Shown: positions 1 to 9,004 of the stretch, one piece after another
Position numbering within the stretch: the stretch's first letter is position 1
Layout: every line of letters begins with the position of its first letter
NCBI GenBank assembly: GCA_002687905.1
Contig: NZBM01000008.1
Coordinates: forward strand, 1 to 61,912
DNA length: 61,912 bases
Direction of reading: 5' to 3'
Origin: a bacterium
Lineage (GTDB): Bacteria > Patescibacteriota > Minisyncoccia > Phycocordibacterales > JABMNX01
The notes under the pieces: model-generated
What the model was told of the DNA's origin: nothing
What the model saw: the letters and a program-made list of their open reading frames with translations, nothing else
Databases searched by the model: none
Program-made: the position numbers and the translations under genes

Positions 1-116
1 CGCTACCGGATCCAGTTTCCATATACGCCAGAGTGTTTCCGGCTACGGCTTGAAACAGCGTGTGGTATGCGAACTCAAAAAATGAAAATACTTGGTGCGA
101 TATGCTGGCATTTTAG

Positions 117-422
117 ATGCCGGATTCGATACAGCTCGGAGAGTATTCAATGAGCAGTGGTATGGATGGCATTTCGTACACAACCGCGACCGGGAAGGCA
201 GCCTCTGCGTCCGTTACCTCGGCTGAGGCGCGACAGGTGGAGATTAATTTTGACGTAATCAGTACGGGCAAATTAGTTGAAGCAGACGGACATTATAAAA
301 ATATCTTTGTGGGCGATACAGACCAGACAGACTATGCAAGATATGTACTTACTCTTGAGCCAGATGACGGTGACCCAGCTCCAGCAAAAGACCATATTGT
401 AGAAGGGGATTTGAAAAAATAG
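117..422 (+). CDS. hypothetical protein, C-terminus resembling anti-sigma-K (RskA-like) domain; possibly partial or degraded
   Basis: ORF track; C-terminal YVLTLEPDDGDPAP motif; N-terminus looks atypical. Confidence 0.35.
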   Translation: MPDSIQLGEYSMSSGMDGISYTTATGKAASASVTSAEARQVEINFDVISTGKLVEADGHYKNIFVGDTDQTDYARYVLTLEPDDGDPAPAKDHIVEGDLKK

Positions 423-506
423 ACCAGAATTTTGGGGTGTGTAAAGGTGGTTTTACATATCGACATTTTGGGTTAGAGTATATGCATTATCAATAATTGG
501 ATATAT

Positions 507-746
507 ATGAGTAGTTCAATATTTAATCGCGGAATGATGAGCACCAAGACAATGGTTATCGTTGTTGTTGTGCTTGTTGTCCTTGCAGGAGCGTACTACT
601 ACTTCTACGCAGGTGGCGGGGCAGTCACTGACGAAGTAGCGGACGAAATCGCAGCCGCAGCTGACGCTGTCATGGAAGATGACAGTGAGAGCCATGACGA
701 TGGTGACGCTATGGATAACGGAAGCGAGGACGCAGACGAAGAGTAA
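507..746 (+). CDS. small single-pass membrane protein with acidic tail
   Basis: hydrophobic VIVVVVLVVLAGAYYYF followed by a D/E-rich tail. Confidence 0.6.
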   Translation: MSSSIFNRGMMSTKTMVIVVVVLVVLAGAYYYFYAGGGAVTDEVADEIAAAADAVMEDDSESHDDGDAMDNGSEDADEE

Positions 747-772
747 TCTTCTTAATATCGGGCATCTGATAT

Positions 773-1087
773 ATAGATGAGCTCTCGCTAACGTTTGCGT
801 TTGTCGCAGGGCTTGTTTCTTTTTTAAGCCCGTGTGTGCTACTTCTTATCCCGGGCTTCCTAGCATTTCTGGGTGGTAGTACCGTAGCTGAGGCTAAAGA
901 ACGCCGGATTGAAATTTTCATCAATTCGGTTTTCTTTGTTCTCGGGTTTTCACTTGTTTTTTCAGCACTAGGAGTGCTTTTAAACTCTTTTCTTTCAGGG
1001 GCGGCATATGATATACAATTGTGGCTTTCACGAATCGGTGGGGCATTAATAATCTTTTTCGGCCTCTTTTCCAATGCCAATGAGTAG
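773..1087 (+). pseudogene. ccdA: truncated CcdA/DsbD-type cytochrome c biogenesis membrane protein
   Basis: in-frame AFVAGLVSFLSPCVLLLIPGFL (SPCVLP motif decayed); ATA at 773 where a start is expected; homology ends after GALIIFFGLF. Confidence 0.7.
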
Positions 1088-1249
1088 AATTATTACGAAA
1101 ATCACCACCACGGCGACCGTAGGAAGAACCGCGTGCTTTGCGTTCTCTGGCAGTCCTTAATATCTCACTAATTTTTGAAAACATATATCGCAAGACAACA
1201 ATACAGCCACAAAATGGCTCTGTCAAAAGGGAATTATTACCTTAACTAG

Positions 1250-1269
1250 TTATCCACAATTGTGGCTAA
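1250..1269. promoter_or_regulatory. DnaA box (TTATCCACA) plus inverted 1-mismatch box
   Basis: TTATCCACA-AT-TGTGGCTAA. Confidence 0.45.
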
Positions 1270-1436
1270 TTCGGGCTAGACGAGCGGGCGAGTTGATGTA
1301 TTCTGACAACATATCCGTTGATGCTTGCATTGGCGGATATATGGAAAACGTCACTCCGGTGGCGTTTTCCACTTTTAGGGGATATCGAAAAACTTTTTAT
1401 TTAGCAATGCTAGAATTAAGTTGTTGAATATTTTTT

Positions 1437-1934
1437 ATGGAGATTTATCCCTTTTTAACCATTTCTCATATCGTAGGGATCGTACTTGGAGTTGGTGGTG
1501 CCACCTTTGCGGAGTTTTTATATCTACGCGCACTTAAAGACGGGGTAGTAGATGCGGAGGAAAAGATAATCCTCGATACGACGTATCGGATAATCCGGAT
1601 AGGACTTTTTCTTGCTGTAATATCGGGGTTTGGTTTCCTGCTTTTATTCCGCTTTACAGGAGCTGAAGAGCGCCTACTTGACCCAAAGCTCTGGGCAAAG
1701 ATGAGTATCGTGATAATTCTTGCATTTAACGCAGTACTGCTTACGATGCATAAAATTCCTTTCTGGCTTGGCTCGTCACTTTCCCTTACTTCTTGGTATG
1801 CCGCACTAATATTGGGTTCTTGGCGGCCATACCCATACTCATTTATGGAGACCATAATTGCCTACGTAATAGCAGTCTTTGTTGTGGCGTATATCCTTCA
1901 CCTTATTAGGAGTAGATTCTTACGAAAATCATGA
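1437..1934 (+). CDS. hypothetical multi-pass membrane protein
   Basis: about 5 hydrophobic segments; ATGA overlap with next gene. Confidence 0.75.
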   Translation: MEIYPFLTISHIVGIVLGVGGATFAEFLYLRALKDGVVDAEEKIILDTTYRIIRIGLFLAVISGFGFLLLFRFTGAEERLLDPKLWAKMSIVIILAFNAVLLTMHKIPFWLGSSLSLTSWYAALILGSWRPYPYSFMETIIAYVIAVFVVAYILHLIRSRFLRKS

Positions 1935-2386
1935 GCAGTATATTTACCACAATGCTAATAACTCATGTAGTAGTAGGAATAATAGGAGTCTCTGCCTCCT
2001 ACGCGCTTTTAATGGCAATCCTCAAGAAAAAGCCATCTCTCTGGTTTATGAAGCTTTCTGCTTTAATAGCATTCCTTTCTTACTTAGTGTCTTGGGGATC
2101 CGGTGGCTACTACTATGTTCTTCGTTATGGAGCAGAAGTGAAACCAGTCATAAAAGCGGGGGATTATCCTTGGGCTCACGGAATATTTATGGAGTCTAAA
2201 GAGCACATTTTTCTATTTATCCCAGTCCTTATTTTCACAACACTTTTTATTTTGTGGACACATGGCCACGATGTATTGGCTAATAAAGATTTAAAGAGAG
2301 CACTAGCATTTCTGGTATTTATAATATTCTTGTTAGCGCTTTTCGTTACACTTTCAGGAATAATAGTTTCAGATTCAGCCGGATAA
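1931..2386 (+). CDS. hypothetical multi-pass membrane protein
   Basis: 4 TM segments; His-containing motifs (HGIFMESKEH). Confidence 0.75.
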   Translation: MSSIFTTMLITHVVVGIIGVSASYALLMAILKKKPSLWFMKLSALIAFLSYLVSWGSGGYYYVLRYGAEVKPVIKAGDYPWAHGIFMESKEHIFLFIPVLIFTTLFILWTHGHDVLANKDLKRALAFLVFIIFLLALFVTLSGIIVSDSAG

Positions 2387-2387
2387 T

Positions 2388-2717
2388 ATGAAGACTTCAC
2401 GAAAAAATAAATTAGTTAGTGCGTTTCTTGTAAGTTCCGCGCTTTCTGTGATTGCAGTTGTAGTCCTCACAATAGGGGGAGAGCTTTATAAACCGCTTAA
2501 GAATTGGCTAGCTGAAACCTTTACTCATCACTGGGTTGGCAAGGGAATACTAACTTTCGTCGGTTTTTACATTCTTGGACTCCTACTTCAAGTATTTGGA
2601 AGTAGGAGTATTAAAATTGTAATAGGGTTAATATACTTACTTTCATTTGTTGCGCTTATCGGAGCTCTTGCTATTATCGGGTTCTATTATTACGAAGTAT
2701 TTATAGTTGCTCACTAA
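2388..2717 (+). CDS. hypothetical membrane protein
   Basis: 3 TM segments, HHWVGK motif; operonic spacing. Confidence 0.7.
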   Translation: MKTSRKNKLVSAFLVSSALSVIAVVVLTIGGELYKPLKNWLAETFTHHWVGKGILTFVGFYILGLLLQVFGSRSIKIVIGLIYLLSFVALIGALAIIGFYYYEVFIVAH

Positions 2718-2720
2718 ATA

Positions 2721-3317
2721 ATGAAAAAGAAAAAAATTTTTATCTTACTCGGTCATCCAGATACTGAAACCTCCGTAGGCTCATTTGCAGATGAATACGA
2801 AAGAGGGGCGAAAGAAGCAGATCACGAAGTTCATAGAATAAATATTAGTGATTTAAATTTTGATCCAATTCTTCACAAAGGTTACAAGGAGATCCAAGAA
2901 TTAGAGCCAGATTTGAAAAGGGTTCAAGAAGAGATGAAATGGGCAGACCATTATGTATTCCTTTACCCAAACTGGTGGTGCACAATGCCAGCAGTACTAA
3001 AAGGAATGTTTGATCGTATGTTTTTGCCAGGCTTTGCTTTTAATTACAGGAAGAACAAAAAAGGTGGAAATACTATCTTTTGGGACAAGCTGCTATCTGG
3101 AAAAAGTGCTCGTATAGTTGTAACAACTGGTTCACACCCACTTCTCATACGTATTTTCTTTGGTGACTATACAAATGAATTATCTAGGGGTATTCTCGGT
3201 TTTGCCGGAGTCTCACCAGTTAGGGTAAGCGTCTTTGGGCCTTGCGGAGATACTCCTCCTAAAAAGAAGGAGGGATGGAAAAAGAAGATGTACAGTCTCG
3301 GTAGAAAAGGAATCTAG
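2721..3317 (+). CDS. NAD(P)H-dependent oxidoreductase, flavodoxin-2 family
   Basis: GHP, WADHYVFLYPNWWCTMPAVLKGMFDR motifs. Confidence 0.9.
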   Translation: MKKKKIFILLGHPDTETSVGSFADEYERGAKEADHEVHRINISDLNFDPILHKGYKEIQELEPDLKRVQEEMKWADHYVFLYPNWWCTMPAVLKGMFDRMFLPGFAFNYRKNKKGGNTIFWDKLLSGKSARIVVTTGSHPLLIRIFFGDYTNELSRGILGFAGVSPVRVSVFGPCGDTPPKKKEGWKKKMYSLGRKGI

Positions 3318-3318
3318 G

Positions 3319-4416
3319 ATGTCACTATCAATAGGAATAGTAGGCCTACCTAATGTAGGCAAATCTACGCTTTTTAATGCGTTAACTAAAAAATCGGTTC
3401 CAGCCGAGAATTTTCCGTTTTGTACAATTGACCCTTCCGTTGGTGTGGTAGCAGTTCCAGATAATCGACTCACTCGATTGAGTCGATTATCAAATTCTGA
3501 GAAAACAATCTCTGCAGTAATTGAGTTTGTAGATATTGCAGGGCTTGTAAAAGGAGCTGCAGAAGGTGAAGGACTAGGGAACCAGTTTCTCTCAAATATC
3601 CGCGAAGTGGATGCAATAGCTGAAGTGGTAAGAATTTTTGACGACACAGACATTACGCATGTGCATGGCGAGGTGGATCCAGTGCGAGATATTGAAGTGA
3701 TAAATCTTGAGCTCATGATGGCGGATCTTCAGACGGTAAGCAAAAGACAGGGAAGTGTAGCAAAAGACGTTAAGCGAAATGATAAGGATGCAATCTTTAA
3801 AGACGCTGTTTTAACAAAACTCTCACAAGGACTTGAAGGAGGAAAATTAGCAAATCAACTTGAGCTTAGTAAAGAAGAATTAGAGGTGGTAAAAGGACTC
3901 CATCTTCTTACAATGAAGCCAGTTCTCTATGTACTCAATAAAAAGAATGGGGCGTTTAATTTTGATGATGAGAATGATGAGAGATTTAATAAACTAGTTG
4001 AGTTACTTCAAAGTATTGGAGCAAAGTATGTAATAGTTGATGTTGGTGTAGAGCACGAACTTCGTGATGTAAGTGGTGAAGATAAAGAGACGTTTAGGAG
4101 AGAGTTTGGTGTAGTTGAGGATGGAGTGGATAATTTAATACGAGTTGGGTATGAACTTTTGGGCCTCATCACTTTTTTCACAACAGGAGAGAAAGAGACA
4201 CGTGCGTGGACTATTAAAAAAGATTGGATTGCGCCTGAGGCAGGGGCTGCAATTCACTCTGATTTCAGAGATAAATTTATTCGTGCTGATGTAATAGAGT
4301 GGGGGCGACTTCTATCAGCAGGATCATACGTAAAGGCAAAAGAAAATGGAGAGCTAAAAACCGTTGGGAAAGATTATATTGTTAAAGATGGTGACGTTAT
4401 AGAGTTCAGGATTTGA
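3319..4416 (+). CDS. ychF: redox-regulated ATPase YchF
   Basis: GIVGLPNVGKSTLFN, ENFPFCTIDP, DIAGLVKGA, C-terminal TGS domain; start moved to ATG 3319. Confidence 0.97.
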   Translation: MSLSIGIVGLPNVGKSTLFNALTKKSVPAENFPFCTIDPSVGVVAVPDNRLTRLSRLSNSEKTISAVIEFVDIAGLVKGAAEGEGLGNQFLSNIREVDAIAEVVRIFDDTDITHVHGEVDPVRDIEVINLELMMADLQTVSKRQGSVAKDVKRNDKDAIFKDAVLTKLSQGLEGGKLANQLELSKEELEVVKGLHLLTMKPVLYVLNKKNGAFNFDDENDERFNKLVELLQSIGAKYVIVDVGVEHELRDVSGEDKETFRREFGVVEDGVDNLIRVGYELLGLITFFTTGEKETRAWTIKKDWIAPEAGAAIHSDFRDKFIRADVIEWGRLLSAGSYVKAKENGELKTVGKDYIVKDGDVIEFRI

Positions 4417-4457
4417 TTTACACTTACATAATAGTGTTGTACGATTAGCGTGTATTT

Positions 4458-5387
4458 ATGGAACATAAAGCAAAAATGACACCGAAAGACTTTTTCCTCT
4501 GGGTTGCTGCAACTGTTGCACTTTATGTAAGTGCTGTTAGTCTTCTAGCACTTCTTTTTGAGTATATAGATGTTGTTTTTGCTGATCCTCTAAGGAGTTA
4601 CCAATTCTCTGGTCCAATTAGATTCGCGATGGCTTCTCTTATCATTATTTTCCCGCTCTATATTTATCTCACTCGAAAGCTAAATCAGGATATTAGAGTA
4701 AATCCCGAAAAAAAGGATATTGGAATACGAAAGTGGCTTCTTTTTCTTACTTTATTTATTGCCGGGATCACAATAGTGATCGATCTTATTGTTCTCATAA
4801 ATACCTTTCTTGGCGGGCAAGAATTAACTACTGCATTTCTCCTAAAAGTCCTTTCAGTACTTGTAGTGATCGGTGGCATATTTTTCTACTACCTAAAGGA
4901 TCTTAAAGGTAAATGGGAGCGTGAACCACAGATGTCAAAAAATATTGGCTGGCTTGTATCAGCTGTCGTACTTCTCTCGATTGTTGGAGGGTTCTTTATA
5001 ATTGGATCTCCACAGACACAGCGACTCTTGCGTATTGATCAAGAGAAAGTAAATGACCTTTCCTCAATTCAACACCAAATCACAAGCTTCTATCAGCAAA
5101 AGGAGCGCTTGCCGAGAGATTTAGACGAGCTTTCTGACCCACTTGTGGGATTCATCTTGCCAACTGATCCACAGACTGATGAGAATTATGGTTACTCGGT
5201 GAAGGGAACTCTAACATTTGAGCTTTGCGCTGAATTTAACAAAGAAAGTTCAGAGAAAGAGACAAGGGCAATACGTACACCATTTGGTAAAGTGGTAGAT
5301 TCAAATTGGGCACACGGTGTTGGAGAGGTTTGTTTTGAGAGAACAATAGACCCAGATAAATTTCCACCACTGAAGTTACTTAGGTAA
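4458..5387 (+). CDS. DUF5671-type membrane protein with pilin-like C-terminal segment
   Basis: 5 TM helices followed by GSP...D..KVNDL and ELCAEF motifs. Confidence 0.7.
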   Translation: MEHKAKMTPKDFFLWVAATVALYVSAVSLLALLFEYIDVVFADPLRSYQFSGPIRFAMASLIIIFPLYIYLTRKLNQDIRVNPEKKDIGIRKWLLFLTLFIAGITIVIDLIVLINTFLGGQELTTAFLLKVLSVLVVIGGIFFYYLKDLKGKWEREPQMSKNIGWLVSAVVLLSIVGGFFIIGSPQTQRLLRIDQEKVNDLSSIQHQITSFYQQKERLPRDLDELSDPLVGFILPTDPQTDENYGYSVKGTLTFELCAEFNKESSEKETRAIRTPFGKVVDSNWAHGVGEVCFERTIDPDKFPPLKLLR

Positions 5388-5472
5388 ACCATGCGCTCGT
5401 ATGATCACCCCATTACAAAGCAAAGCTTGTAACGGGGCAAGCCAAAAGATTAAAGAAACATATAAATAAAAA

Positions 5473-7854
5473 ATGCGTTCGTATGACCACAGGAAAATAG
5501 AGGCTAAATGGCAAGAGAAGTGGGAGAAAGAAAAACTATATGAAGTTAAAGATGAAGTAGCGGGACGCAAGAACCGCTACGTTTTGGTTGAATATCCATA
5601 CCCCTCTGGGAATCTTCATATTGGACACTGGTATGCATTTTCTGTGCCTGACATATACGCCCGCGCAAAGAGAATGCAGGGAGAGAATGTTCTCTTTCCA
5701 ATGGGCTTTGACTCCTTTGGTCTTCCTGCAGAAAACGCTGCAATAAAGAATAAAGTAGATCCGAGAGAGTGGACAGAGGAGAATATAAAGACAATGACGA
5801 AGCAGTTAAAGAGTATGGGAAACTCTTTTGATTGGTCGCGAAGACTGGCTGCGTCAGATCCAGATTATTACAAATGGACACAGTGGCTCTTTCTTAAGTT
5901 TCTTGACGCGGGTCTCGCGTATCGCGGGAAGGCGGCAGTTAATTGGGACCCAGTAGACCAGACCGTGCTTGCAAATGAACAAGTTCTTCCAGACGGAACG
6001 GGCGAGCGCTCAGGCGCAAAAGTTGAAAGAAGGTATTTAGAACAGTGGTTTATCCGCATTACAGATTACGCAGATCGTCTCGTTGATGATTTAGAGGTTT
6101 TGGAGTGGCCGGAGCAAATAAAGGAGTCGCAAAGGAACTGGATAGGGAGAAAAAGCGGAGCAGAGATTGATTTTAAAGTCACCGGGACTTCAGAGAAGAT
6201 AAAAGTTTTCACAACAAGACCCGATACTCTCTTTGGTGCAACATACATGGTTCTTGCTCCCGAGCATGAGCTAGCAGAGAAGCTAAAAAATAGTATTTCA
6301 AACTGGTCAAAGGTTACTAAGTATATAAAAGAGGCAGAACTTAAATCTGATATTGATAGAACAGCACTCGATAAAGAAAAAACAGGAGTGCTACTTGAAG
6401 GGGTATCAGCAATTAATCCAGCAAACGAAAGTGAGATACCGGTTTACATCGCTGATTATGTCCTTGCCCACTATGGTACTGGGGCGATTATGGCAGTTCC
6501 CGCACACGATGAGCGTGATCATGAATTTGCAGTGAAATTTGGTATTGAAGAAGTAGAAGTAGTTGAAGGAGGAAACATTCCATACACCGGAGAGGGAATT
6601 CTTAAAAACTCAGGCGAGTTTAATGGAATGGATAATGAAGATGCAAAGATAAAAATAACCGAGCGTGTTGGGGGAGCGCTTACAAACAATTACAAGCTTC
6701 GCGACTGGCTAGTCTCTCGCCAGCGCTACTGGGGTGCGCCAATTCCGGTTGTTTATGATCCAAATGGAAATCCTCATCCTATTCCAGAGGAGCACCTGCC
6801 GTGGCTTTTACCGCAGGACATCAGCTTTGATGTAAAAGGAAAATCGCCACTTAGCACTTCCAAGGAATTTGTAGAACGAACAGAGAGTATCTTTGGGCAG
6901 GGGTGGACCCCAGAGATGGATACTTTCGACACTTTTGTTGATTCTTCCTGGTATTTCTTAAGATATCTTGACCCAAAAAATGAAAGTGACTTCTCAGACA
7001 TAAAGAAACAAAAGAAATGGATGCCGGTTGATATGTACTCTGGTGGCGCGGAGCACACGACTATGCACGTCCTTTATTCTAGGTTTTTCTACAAGGCACT
7101 CTTTGACCTGAAGCTTGTAACCGATAAGGAGCCTTACAAAGTAAGAATGAATAGAGGAATAATTCTTGGAACAGATGGTGCAAAGATGAGTAAAAGCAAA
7201 GGTAATGTCATTGACCCTGACGATCAAGTTAAAAATGTCGGTGCAGATTGTGTGAAAATGTACCTCGCATTTGTTGGACCCTATGGAGAGGTTGGAACAT
7301 ATCCGTGGGATATGGGAGGAATTGCGGGTATCAGACGTTTTCTTGAGAGGGTGTGGGGTGTTTCGGAGAAAGTAGAAGGCACTGAGACAAGTGAGAACGT
7401 TAGAAGAGAGCTTAATAAGACTATAAAAAAGGTGGAAGAGGATATAGACGAATTTAAATTTAACACCGCAATAAGCCAGATGATGATTCTTGTAAACAAA
7501 ATTGAAAAAGAGGGCCCGATATCAAAAGGTGATTTTATGAAATTCCTAAGAGTACTTGCTCCGTTTGCGCCACATTTAACTGAAGAGATATGGGAAGGCA
7601 TTGGCAATAAGAAATCATTACACCTAGATGATTGGCCGATTTATGAGGAGAAGTATCTACAAAGTGAGGAGGTAAAAATAGCTGTTCAGGTAAACGGCAA
7701 AGTGCGGGCAACGATATCTATACCAACAGATTCATCTGAAGAAGAGACTATAAAGGTGGCAAAAAAGGACAATGTGGTTAGCAAGTGGTTAGGGGACAGT
7801 AAGGTTAAAAAACAGATCTATGTTAAAAATAGGCTCATAAACTTCGTCACTTGA
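5473..7854 (+). CDS. leuS: leucine--tRNA ligase
   Basis: YPYPSGNLHIGH, KMSKS, editing domain FTTRPDT...GTGAIMAVPAHD. Confidence 0.98.
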   Translation: MRSYDHRKIEAKWQEKWEKEKLYEVKDEVAGRKNRYVLVEYPYPSGNLHIGHWYAFSVPDIYARAKRMQGENVLFPMGFDSFGLPAENAAIKNKVDPREWTEENIKTMTKQLKSMGNSFDWSRRLAASDPDYYKWTQWLFLKFLDAGLAYRGKAAVNWDPVDQTVLANEQVLPDGTGERSGAKVERRYLEQWFIRITDYADRLVDDLEVLEWPEQIKESQRNWIGRKSGAEIDFKVTGTSEKIKVFTTRPDTLFGATYMVLAPEHELAEKLKNSISNWSKVTKYIKEAELKSDIDRTALDKEKTGVLLEGVSAINPANESEIPVYIADYVLAHYGTGAIMAVPAHDERDHEFAVKFGIEEVEVVEGGNIPYTGEGILKNSGEFNGMDNEDAKIKITERVGGALTNNYKLRDWLVSRQRYWGAPIPVVYDPNGNPHPIPEEHLPWLLPQDISFDVKGKSPLSTSKEFVERTESIFGQGWTPEMDTFDTFVDSSWYFLRYLDPKNESDFSDIKKQKKWMPVDMYSGGAEHTTMHVLYSRFFYKALFDLKLVTDKEPYKVRMNRGIILGTDGAKMSKSKGNVIDPDDQVKNVGADCVKMYLAFVGPYGEVGTYPWDMGGIAGIRRFLERVWGVSEKVEGTETSENVRRELNKTIKKVEEDIDEFKFNTAISQMMILVNKIEKEGPISKGDFMKFLRVLAPFAPHLTEEIWEGIGNKKSLHLDDWPIYEEKYLQSEEVKIAVQVNGKVRATISIPTDSSEEETIKVAKKDNVVSKWLGDSKVKKQIYVKNRLINFVT

Positions 7855-7910
7855 CAGACCCTTGACTAACTGGCAGGGTAGTGATACAAACAACGGGACA
7901 AAAAACCTAA

Positions 7911-8939
7911 ATGGCAACACTTACTTTTAAACCAAAGAATGTCACAAAACAGCTTCTCTCTGTGCTGCCCGATCGCGCTCAAGATGTTTTAACTAGTCGT
8001 TACGGACTTGGTATAAAGTCTGAAAAAATGACACTAGAGGCGATCGGAAAGAAGTATGGCATTACACGTGAGCGTGTGCGTCAGATTGAGAATTATGCAC
8101 TTACCAATATAAGGAAGTCTGATGAATTTGATGAGGCAAAGGAGTATTTTGATGAAATAGAGAGAGTTATAGATTCTCTTGGGGGACTTGTTTCGGAAGA
8201 GGAGCTTTTAAATGAAATTTCAAAAGATTCAAGTACACAAAACCATATCCATTTTCTTCTTGTGCTTGGAAATACTTTCATTAAAAAGAAAGAGGATTCA
8301 GAATTCGGGCATCGCTGGTATGTTGACGAGGGATTAGCCGACGAAGTCCACAAAGCACTGCGAAGTCTTTATACGGGTCTTTCTGATGACGATTTAATTC
8401 CAGAGTCTGAGATGTTAAATGCATTTCTTGAGGAGGTTAAAAACCTAAATCAAAAGTACAAAAATGAAGAGATTCTTAGACGATGGCTATCTCTTTCAAA
8501 AGGACTTGGGAAAAATCCACTTGGTGAGTGGGGTGTGGCTCAATCTTCAAATGTTAAAGCTAAAGGAATGAGAGATTATGCATATCTAGCTATAAAGCGA
8601 CACGGTTCTCCAATGCACTTTACTGAAGTGGCGAAGGCTATTGCCGAATTATTTAACAGGAAAGCTCACGTTGCGACTTGTCACAATGAGTTAATTAAAG
8701 ACAAGAGGTTTGTGTTGGTGGGCAGGGGTCTTTACGCTCTTACAGAATGGGGTTACACAAGCGGAGTAGTAAAGGAAGTAATAAAAGAAATCCTTGGCGA
8801 GAGCGGACCCCTTTCAAGAGAAGACATTATAGATAAAGTTAGAAAAGAAAGGTACGTTAAGGTCAATACTGTTTTGGTTAATCTACAGGACACTTCAGTT
8901 TTCAAAAGAGATAAACAAGGTAAATACACTCTAGCGTAA
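7911..8939 (+). CDS. sigma-70 region 4 HTH plus C-terminal winged-helix (HARE-HTH/RpoE-delta-like) protein
   Basis: TLEAIGKKYGITRERVRQIE; HNELIKDKRFVLVGRGLYALTEW. Confidence 0.8.
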   Translation: MATLTFKPKNVTKQLLSVLPDRAQDVLTSRYGLGIKSEKMTLEAIGKKYGITRERVRQIENYALTNIRKSDEFDEAKEYFDEIERVIDSLGGLVSEEELLNEISKDSSTQNHIHFLLVLGNTFIKKKEDSEFGHRWYVDEGLADEVHKALRSLYTGLSDDDLIPESEMLNAFLEEVKNLNQKYKNEEILRRWLSLSKGLGKNPLGEWGVAQSSNVKAKGMRDYAYLAIKRHGSPMHFTEVAKAIAELFNRKAHVATCHNELIKDKRFVLVGRGLYALTEWGYTSGVVKEVIKEILGESGPLSREDIIDKVRKERYVKVNTVLVNLQDTSVFKRDKQGKYTLA

Positions 8940-9004
8940 TCTTATTCACGAATCTTTTTGAGCCTGCTTAAGGGCGGCTTGTTTTGATGTATCATATATT
9001 CACA

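Noticed and set aside
1250..1269. oriC
   Set aside because: Only two DnaA boxes, no dnaA/dnaN nearby and no change in gene orientation.
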